Position numbers and translations under genes: made by a program. Of a DNA stretch of 64,000 nucleotides, positions 56,707-64,000 are shown in pieces. The number at the start of each line of letters is the position of its first letter. The first letter of the stretch is position 1. A model generated the notes under the pieces. That model was not told the DNA's origin, made no database searches, and saw only the letters and a program-made list of their open reading frames with translations. The stretch is from an uncultured Chloroflexia bacterium (GTDB taxonomy: Bacteria > Chloroflexota > Dehalococcoidia > UBA2979), in NCBI GenBank assembly GCA_963728205.1, contig CAVSIV010000001.1, positions 512,001 through 576,000 of the forward strand. Reading direction: 5' to 3'.

Positions 56707-59700
56707 GTGGCCTACCGTCCGCACGCCGGCAGGAAGATCGTGCGGACGACGCTGACCCGCGACGACTGGGTCGCCAGCGTGACGCTCGCCTGCTCCGATC
56801 GCATTGCGGTCGGCGCGTCGTCGCCGCTCTTCGTCGAGGTGGCGTACCGCCACGAGCCCGCGCCGGGCGCCGACAGCGGCCACCCGGTCGATCTCACGTT
56901 CCGCTCGCTCGCCGCGGGCGGGGGCGAGATCCGGTTCGACGCCGCCGACGGCCCGACGACGCGACGCTTCGTCCGGCATGTCCGCACGGTGCTCACGCTC
57001 GTGGGCGTGACCGCCACCGCCGGCGCCGAGGCCGGCGTTGCGATCGATATCGCGATCGACGGGACCGTGAAGGAGAGCGTCCCCCTGTTCGTCGGCGCGC
57101 CGCTCGGCACGCTCGCGATCCGGGCCGCCGACGGCACGGCCGACGCGCCCGCGGAGGTCACGCTCGGCCAGACGCTGCCGCTGCGCGCCGTGCCCGACCC
57201 CGCCGCGCAGGGGACGTATCGCTGGATCGTCGTGACCGAGGACTCGCTCGCGGCCCACGGCGCGACCGACGCGGCCGCCGTCGTGCTCGGCGTGACCGGC
57301 GGCGCCGCGCTGCCCCGCACGGTGGGCTGCCTGTTCTCCCCGCCCGACGACGGTCCGCAGGTGTTCACGGTGCGCGCATTCGGCGTCCGCGCGACGCTGC
57401 TCGTCCGCACCCGCCTCGTCGGCACCGCCCCGGCACCGCTGGACGACGCCTGGGTGTACGTCCGCGACGGCGGCACGACCGTCGTGCTGCACACCGACCG
57501 CCGCGGCCGCGCGCGCTCCGCGCCCACCGGTTCCGAGCGCGCGGCGTCGTGGCTCTATACCGAGCCCTTCGGCGCGACCGCCGGCCACCCCGTGGAGATT
57601 GCCTTCAGCCGCGGCCGGAAGCCGATTCCCGACACACTCGTGCAGGCCGAGCTCGCGTTCCGGCGGCTCGACGTCGCGGCGGAAACCGCCGACGGCGACC
57701 TGGTCGGCGCGGTCACGATCCCGGAGACGCCGCTCGCGTTGACCCGACCGGGCGAGCTCACGATCTGGCCGTTGCTGCGCGAGCTGCCCGTGGACGCCTC
57801 GCTCACCGCCGGCCTCAACCAGGGCGCGGCGCTCTACGACGCGCACGGCAACCTCACGGAGCCCGAGGGCACGGTGGCGGCGCCGCCGCCGGCGAGGCCG
57901 CGCGAACGCGGGCTGGTCGTGGCGGGCACGGTCGATGCCGGCGCGACCGGCGCGCGCGTCCGGCTGATGCGCGACGACGGCACCGCGCTGCCGCTGCACG
58001 CCGGGTTCGCCGCCGCCGCGTCGGTGCTGGAGCTGCCCGCGACGATGGGCGCTCCGGCCGGGGCGACGCGGCCGTTCTCGGCGCTCATCGTGCTCGACGA
58101 CGCGGCCGCCGCATTCGGGCCGGTGCTGATCGTGGTGGACACCGTCGGGATCGCCCCGCCGCGCGTCGACGCCTTCGCGGTCCAGCTCTGCGGCGTGCAG
58201 CTCGCACTCGTCGACGACGCCGTCGCCGCCGCCGACGGCACACACGCCGGCCCGGTCCCCGGCGAGCCCGACGAGCTGAACACGATCGACTTCGGCCTGT
58301 CGCCGCAGGACAACCGCAACGACCTCACGCTCCAGGCGCGCGCGCGGCGCATGGTGAACTACGACATCCGCACGGGGACGCGCGCGTTCGACGAGACGGC
58401 GGCCGTCGGCCCCGGCAACCCGAACGTGCCAAAGCCGCAGATGCCGCTGTGGATGGGCGAGTGCCAGCTCGTCGGGATCGGGTGGGCGGATCTGCAATCG
58501 CTGATGCGCCACCGCGTGGCCTGGGTCAGCCGTGCGCCCGCGTGGTCGACGCTGGAGCTCAATCTCTCATGGCGGATCGAGCTGCGCTGGGACGGACCCG
58601 ACGTCAACTCGCCCACGTTCGCCGGACCGCCAGAGCTCATCCTGCGGTCGGGGCAGACCTACCAGTACAGCCTCGCGCTCGGCGGCGATGCGGCGCTCCG
58701 GGTTCCGTTCGACGCGCAGGGACGCCCTCTCGACGCCACCGGGGCGCCGCAGGCGCTGGATCACGGGGCGGTGCCGGCGCCGTTCACCGCCGCCCCGGCG
58801 CGCATCGCGTACCCGGTTGCCGCGCGACGGCTGCCGCGCCTCGTCGTGCAGGGCGAGCAGCGTGCGTGGGGACGGCAGGCCGGCGCCCCCCGGCGGGACT
58901 CCGTGATCGTCGAGTTCCAGCCCCGCGTCGAGGCCGGCGGCAGCGAGGCGATCCGCGGCGGAGATGGGGATCTCGCGCTGCAGAGCCTGCAGATCGATGG
59001 CGCCGCCGCCCCGCCGGGGCTCGAGCCGGACGGCGGCGGGGCGCCGGTCGCGCCCGCGGACGTGCGGCCGGCGCGCGTGCCGACGTTTCGCGTGCGCGGC
59101 ACCAACCCGGCGGCGCACGCCGCGGTCGAGCAGCTGATCGACGCGCTCGTGCGCCAGTACCACGACGCGCACGCTGCCGAGGCGCGCATCGCCACGCTCC
59201 CGCTCGCCGTCTGGCAGGAGACGGTGCGGCTGATCCTCGCGCACGAGAACGGCAACGACCGCCAGTTCTTCGACAACGCGAGCGGCCGCTACGCGTTCGC
59301 GTCGCGCGGCACGACCTTCTACTACGGGCACGAGCACCGCATGCCGTTGTTCGGCCCGCCGCACGGCTACGGGTTCGGGCAGCTCGACTTCGTGTTCGGC
59401 CGCGCCGCGAACGACGACGAGGTCTGGAGCTTCGTCGAGAACATCCAATCCGCGGTGCGGGTCGTGATGGAGGAGAAGGCCGCGGCCGCCTACCACGACA
59501 TGCACGGGCACTTCGCCGCGCCGGTCTCGCGGCGCGACCGGGCCGCGTACCGCCGCGAGGTCGTGCGGCGCTACAACGGCGGCACGGAGTTCCACTGGAA
59601 CGGCGCGGACTGGGAGATCCAGCCGGGCCTCGCGCAGTGGGCCAACGCGCACGATCACACGCAGGGGCCGAACCAGCGGCTGCGATACCCGCGACCGCGT

Positions 59701-59812
59701 GCTCGGCACCCACGTCGCCTACTACAACCCGTATCCGGCCGGCGCGGGGGCGGCGACGACGTTTCCGTGGCCGATCGCGTTCGCGGTCGGCCAGTTCGGC
59801 CCGGGGATCTGA
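56707..59812 (+). CDS. Putative CIS cargo/accessory protein B: shared N-terminal module, C-terminal lysozyme-like domain; apparent +1 frameshift near 59691
   Basis: ILAHE...QF, GYGFGQL, W....NI..A and RRYNGG lysozyme/SLT-like motifs; the corrected frame reads YP/DRVLGTHVAYYNPY...FGPGI* with stop at 59810-12, just before a convergent gene. Confidence 0.65.
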
Positions 59813-59834
59813 GGGCGGCGCGGCGGGTCGGCGA

Positions 59835-60191
59835 TCAGCGGATGTGGATGTCCCGCCCGCCGCTGATGTTGATGTTCGTCTTGCCGTGCTGCACCACGTT
59901 GCCGCTGCCGCTCACGCTGATCGCCACCTGCTCGGCGTCGCGCGCGAGGGCGGGGTCGGCCGCCAGCGCGTGCTCGATGGCGGAGCGAATGCGCGGCTCG
60001 TCGTCCTCGTCCGTGCGCGTCTCAGCGCTCGCGCCGGCGGCGCCGCGGATGCGGTCCCAGAGCACCCCGAGCACATGCGCGCCGGCGTCGCCGACCCGTT
60101 CGGCGAGCTCGTCGCGCACCCGTTCCGCCGGGCGCCGTGCGAATGTCAGCAGGAGCGGCGCCAGCGCCGCCGCGATCTCGGCGATTCCCAT
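59835..60191 (-). CDS. Bell-like small helical protein with C-terminal putative amyloid motif
   Basis: N-terminal hydrophobic helix, LWDRIR, ALAADPALA, then SVSGSGNVVQHGKTNINISGGRDIHIR; GAGAGG upstream. Confidence 0.65.
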   Translation of the reverse strand: MGIAEIAAALAPLLLTFARRPAERVRDELAERVGDAGAHVLGVLWDRIRGAAGASAETRTDEDDEPRIRSAIEHALAADPALARDAEQVAISVSGSGNVVQHGKTNINISGGRDIHIR

Positions 60192-60225
60192 GTCGCACCC
60201 CTCTCTCGGCCCATGCGGCGCCGGC

Positions 60226-60738
60226 TCAGTCCAGCGGCGAGCGTCCGCGCGCACGGCGTCCCGCCACCGACCGCGGATTGACGAGCGCGCGCACGAGCGA
60301 GCCGACCACCATCACGACGAAGCCCGCGAAGAACAACGCGCCGCCCACCGCGATACCCGGCGGGAAGCCGTCGGCCGCATCGCCGTGTGGCAGGGTGAAC
60401 AGCGTGTAGCCGAAGACCGCGAACCCCGACAACACGAGCAGGACACCCACGGTCACGATCGCGATGTAGAGCCGCGAGGGTGGCGGGTCGGGCTCGTCGA
60501 GCGCGGCGCGGATCGCCTTCGCGAGCGTCTCCGCGCTCGGCCCCTGGTAGTAGAGGTCGCCGATGCGGATGCCGCGCCCGCCGCTGATGTCGACGTTGTA
60601 GCGGCCGACCTGCACCTGGTTGTCGTCGCCGCGCACGGCGATCAGCGACCGGAGCCGATCGATGTCCGTGTCGCTGCTGCGGCCCGCCGCGATCCGGTCG
60701 AAGAGCGTGGCGAGTTCCGGGTCGACACCGTTTGCCAC
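60226..60738 (-). CDS. EAD10-like N-terminal domain + two transmembrane helices
   Basis: EL..LFDRIAAG....DIDRLR.L....VQVGRYNVDISGGRGIRIGD..YQ, followed by two hydrophobic helices. Confidence 0.65.
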   Translation of the reverse strand: MANGVDPELATLFDRIAAGRSSDTDIDRLRSLIAVRGDDNQVQVGRYNVDISGGRGIRIGDLYYQGPSAETLAKAIRAALDEPDPPPSRLYIAIVTVGVLLVLSGFAVFGYTLFTLPHGDAADGFPPGIAVGGALFFAGFVVMVVGSLVRALVNPRSVAGRRARGRSPLD

Positions 60739-61050
60739 GGCAGCATCCCGTTCCCCGGCTCCAGGGGTTCATCATAACGAATGGTGCGCCCTCCGGGCCG
60801 AGGCCGTGCTCCGAAGGCCCGAGGCGCTGAGGAGTTCTCGCGACGGTTGCTCGGAGCAAGGGGCCGCGCGCCCTGCGCAGCGGGAGAGGGGACGCGCGCG
60901 TCCTGTGCGGTCGTGGTCCGTGTGGCGGCAGGAAGGGTGAAGGGAACAGCATCCGCGGACTTCGCGCGAGGTCGCATGCCGCGCTCCATCATGGTGGCCT
61001 CCAGACGGACTTCCTGGAGGGGCTCGAGCGCCCGTTGCGCAGCTCGCCCG

Positions 61051-61943
61051 CTAAACGAGGATCGATGCGGTCAGACAGTGGAGGGAGCCACCGAGCTTGC
61101 GGGTTGGGGACGCGATGAACGTCGGCCGGAACCCGTGCTCGCGCAGCGCCGCTTCCACGATGCGCCGGTCGTCGGACGGCGTGATGTCGTAGGTCGGCAC
61201 GAGCACATGGTCCCCGATCTGCACCCAGTTGAGCGGGCTTGCGTACCCGTCGCCGTCCGAGCGCAGGGGGAGCCGGATGATCTCGAGGGCGGCGAGGGCG
61301 TTCCGCAGCAGCGCTTCGATCGCGTGGCTCACGTGCCGGTCGGCGGTGTTCGCCGGCGGCCAGCCGACGGCGGCGACGTCGTCGCGCAGGAAGCGCACGT
61401 AGATGTCCGCGTGGCCGCTTGGCTCGCGCGCGAACGGTGGAAACACCAGCCAGCGCCGAATGCCGAGGGCCGGCGCATGCGCGTCGAGCGCCGGGCGGTC
61501 GAGCGCATTGTCGATCAGCACGGTTGCCGTCGAGAGCGCGACGCCGGCGGGACCGGCGACGACATTGCCATGTGCCAGCACGAGTGCGCACGGCTCCATC
61601 TCCCACGTGCTGATCTTCGCGAACACGCCGTCGTCGCCCGCGCGCCCGAAGTCGGGCAGACGAGGGAGAACCCACCGGATCTCCCCCGATGCGTCGTCGC
61701 GCAGCGGGATCGGCGAGCGATCGCGAATCCACGGGTGTCGTACGACGCCCCGAGAATGGAGAAGCGCTCCGGTTGGGCCTGTTTCGCGACGAACGCGCGA
61801 GCCCGGGCCGGGTCGGGCGTGATGAGGATGACCCCGACGTCGCGGGATGCCTCGACGGCGACGCGGCGGAGGAGCGGGAGCAACTCAGTCTCCGCGAACG
61901 GGACCATGAGCGCCGCCGGCTCAGCGTAGTCGGGCACGATCAC
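61051..61943 (-). CDS. Agmatine/peptidylarginine deiminase family protein with an apparent -1 frameshift near 61733
   Basis: YDT/WIRDRSP, GHADIYVRF, NW.....VLVPTY and GGSLHCLT catalytic motifs; GTGA overlap with the upstream gene. Confidence 0.8.
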
Positions 61944-62389
61944 TCGGCCGCCGTTGCCCGCTGCACCGAGCCGGCCGTCCGGATCACGGTCGCCGGGTCG
62001 CCGGACTTCCGGATGAGCGCCATCGCGCAGACCGTCGCGCCATCTCCGGGCTCGACCGTGCCGCGGCCGACGGTCTCGCCGACCACCTCCCAGTCCTCCC
62101 CCGCGAGCGGCGAGCATGGGAGCACCTCGCCGCCCATCGCGATCGCGCGCGAGTCGTGATCGGTGAGCTTCACGCTAGTCGCGACCACAGCTCCGTCCGG
62201 ACACCACCCCGTCGGGCCACCCACCGCCACGGATCGGGCGTCGAGAGCCGCGGCAGCGCTGATACCCCAGCGTCCCGGGACACGCTGCGCCGCCTGCACC
62301 GTCGGGTCGACGAGCCCGGCGACCGACATGGACGCGAACGCCCCGGTCGCCGCGGCGAGGCTCGCGGCGATGCGCTTCGCCCTGTTCAT
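61940..62389 (-). CDS. Secreted Cys-containing small protein (paralog family)
   Basis: Signal-peptide-like N-terminus; C...C...W...VCA.A pattern; AGGAGGAG RBS. Confidence 0.7.
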   Translation of the reverse strand: MNRAKRIAASLAAATGAFASMSVAGLVDPTVQAAQRVPGRWGISAAAALDARSVAVGGPTGWCPDGAVVATSVKLTDHDSRAIAMGGEVLPCSPLAGEDWEVVGETVGRGTVEPGDGATVCAMALIRKSGDPATVIRTAGSVQRATAAE

Positions 62390-62836
62390 GCGGACTCCTC
62401 CTCTCCGGCCAGATCCTCGGCCGACCGCGCTCTCGAGCGTGGGCCCGGCCGGGATACGACGAGGACCACGTCCGAGGTCAACCCTGTCCGGTCGGTCGTG
62501 GGTCGCGAACCATGCATCAAGGTCGCCGCGAGCGCGCGTCCCCCCTCGGCGTCACCGCGAAATCCGTCACGGGCCTCGCACCGCGACGCACCTCGAGACG
62601 CCACCGGGAGCGGTTGCCGTCGCCGCTCCTCCCCCCTCCCCCCCGACGCCGTTGGCCCTGGACGGCGGCCTCGCCGGGTCGCAGGGAACCGAAGTCGGGG
62701 ACGCCGGGCCGCGGCGCCGGAGATCGGGCGCACGTCCGACGCGGGCGGCAGCTCCTTCTGACAACTTGACGGGGGGCGCCGCGCGGCGCGTACCCTCGCC
62801 GCCGTTTCCAGGGACGCGAGTCGAAAGGGGTCGTGC

Positions 62837-63286
62837 ATGCGAGCGCAGCCATCAATCATCTCCACGCGAAGCCGCATCCTCGGCGGCGTCGTGCTTGCAG
62901 CGATCGCGCTGCTGATGCTCGGCGGGCAGGCACGCGGTGGCCAGTATCTCAACACGATGGAGTCCACGGCGGCGCTGCACGGCCGCGCGGTCGATGTCAC
63001 CGTAATCGAAGGCTGCGACGCCACCCAGCGGCTCGCGCTGCGCGTGACGGCCACGCAGCGGCGCGTCGGCGCGGTCGCGCAGGGAACCGCGCAGACGACG
63101 TGCGCGGGTGACGCTCAGCACGTCGTCGTGCATCTGTACACGACCGGGGCGGTCGATTTCGTCCCGACGGCCGAGGCGCGCGAGGACCAGATCGTCGAAG
63201 TCTGCGCCCTGGCGACAACGATGACGCGCGGGAAGGTCGACGACAGCCACCAGTGGTGCAAGGACCTCGAGCTGGTCGCGTCGTGA
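62837..63286 (+). CDS. Secreted Cys-containing small protein (paralog family, DUF6299-like?)
   Basis: Signal peptide; GRAV.V....C...V..TQ...A.G....C.G...F....EVCA...D..WC..L.L. Confidence 0.75.
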   Translation: MRAQPSIISTRSRILGGVVLAAIALLMLGGQARGGQYLNTMESTAALHGRAVDVTVIEGCDATQRLALRVTATQRRVGAVAQGTAQTTCAGDAQHVVVHLYTTGAVDFVPTAEAREDQIVEVCALATTMTRGKVDDSHQWCKDLELVAS

Positions 63287-63343
63287 GGTGGCGTCGGGCA
63301 TCGGTAGCGACCGTGCCCGCGGGTGAGGCGATTGGAGGGACCC

Positions 63344-63781
63344 ATGACTGCAACAGGCTCGGCGGTTCGGCGCGCGGCGCTCGGGCTGCTGCTCGCAACG
63401 CTGGTGGTTGCGGTGACGGCGGCAGGGGCGAGTGCGATCCAGAAGCGGATCGACAAGACGACGCCGACGCTCACCGGTATCGACGGCGCGGCGCCCCTGA
63501 GCGCGAACGGCCGGCTTACGACCGTCTCGGGTGTGATCACCTGCGAGGGCGGCCGCGTCTTGATCCAGGTCGAGGTGACGCAGGGCGACGCCCGCGCGGA
63601 GGGCCACACGCAAGCGCTCTGCACGGGCGACACGCTCGCGTGGTCCGCGCTGGCAGTCGCGCGCCGCGGCGCTCGCTTCGAGGCGTCGACGGCCGAGGTC
63701 TGCGCCCGGGCATCGATGCCGGACCGCAACACCGTGGCCGACTCCTACCGGTGGTGCCGGGCGGTGACGCTGATCCGCTGA
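63344..63781 (+). CDS. Secreted Cys-containing small protein (paralog family, DUF6299-like?)
   Basis: Same four-Cys pattern as the 62837 gene; GGAGG RBS before ATG 63344. Confidence 0.75.
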   Translation: MTATGSAVRRAALGLLLATLVVAVTAAGASAIQKRIDKTTPTLTGIDGAAPLSANGRLTTVSGVITCEGGRVLIQVEVTQGDARAEGHTQALCTGDTLAWSALAVARRGARFEASTAEVCARASMPDRNTVADSYRWCRAVTLIR

Positions 63782-64000
63782 TCTGATTTCAACGGGCGGA
63801 ACGCCGGCGGCCTGATCCCGACGAGCGTGTGTTGCCGGGAGCGCGGCAGCCCTGGCTCCCTCTCCCACCGGCGGCCCGCCGCGTGCCGACGACGTACCCG
63901 GCGGCGGGAGGATGTCGATCCCGTGACGGGCCGCCGCCGCGATGAGCCGAGGGACATCGGGCGGCGCGACGACCGGCGGCAGCGTGCGTGCCGTCGCGGG

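Larger units (their letters stand above)
27176..59812 (+). other. Headless contractile injection system (eCIS/tailocin-like) locus
   Basis: Co-directional, tightly packed sheath, tube, chaperone, TMP-like, hub, spike, PAAR, gp25, baseplate J, wedge and amidase genes; no capsid, portal, terminase, integrase or T6SS membrane complex seen. Confidence 0.88.

Noticed and set aside
27176-59812. Intact prophage or type VI secretion system
   Set aside because: No capsid, portal, terminase, integrase or att repeats, and no TssJ/L/M, TssK or ClpV recognised
59813-60777. C-terminal ~320 aa of the 1363-aa ORF 56686..60777
   Set aside because: Read-through after the frameshift near 59691; the sequence is non-protein-like and antisense to two better-supported genes
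62766-62796. Promoter TTGACG...TACCCT for the 62837 gene
   Set aside because: The 19-bp spacer and weak -10 make it too uncertain to list

Overview
Very GC-rich (about three quarters G+C by eye) bacterial DNA. The gene content suggests Chloroflexota (Dehalococcoidia/Tepidiformia-like), but this is an inference only. (1) 1-26.1 kb holds housekeeping and catabolic genes: MFS transporters, crcB+DUF190, GNATs, an SDR, acetamidase, an M50/PDZ/Lon-like fusion, an AlkZ-type glycosylase, enoyl-CoA hydratases, two double family-III CoA-transferases, TetR-MMPL with a clear promoter/operator and a hidden 43-aa ORF, a LysM protein, an aldo-keto reductase and a carboxyltransferase. Two REP-like palindromic repeat families are scattered through this part. 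(2) 27.2-59.8 kb is a co-directional ~33 kb headless contractile-tail locus (eCIS/tailocin-like): sheath, tube, chaperone, tape-measure-like protein, split hub/spike, PAAR, gp25, baseplate J and a gpI-like wedge with a propeller. It also carries unusual accessory genes: an NHL-propeller metalloprotease, a paralogous coiled-coil pair (one with a helix-hairpin-helix domain), an amidase, and two large proteins that share a ~230-aa N-terminus but end in different peptidoglycan-active domains. (3) 59.8-64 kb holds a two-gene pair sharing a RHIM/BASS-like amyloid motif (Bell-like protein plus an EAD10-like membrane protein), an agmatine-deiminase-family gene and three paralogous Cys-containing secreted proteins. 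Six single-base frameshifts, in four otherwise intact genes and one remnant, look like long-read indel errors. No rRNA, tRNA, CRISPR, transposase or integrase was recognised. All product calls come from reading motifs by eye, not from database searches.
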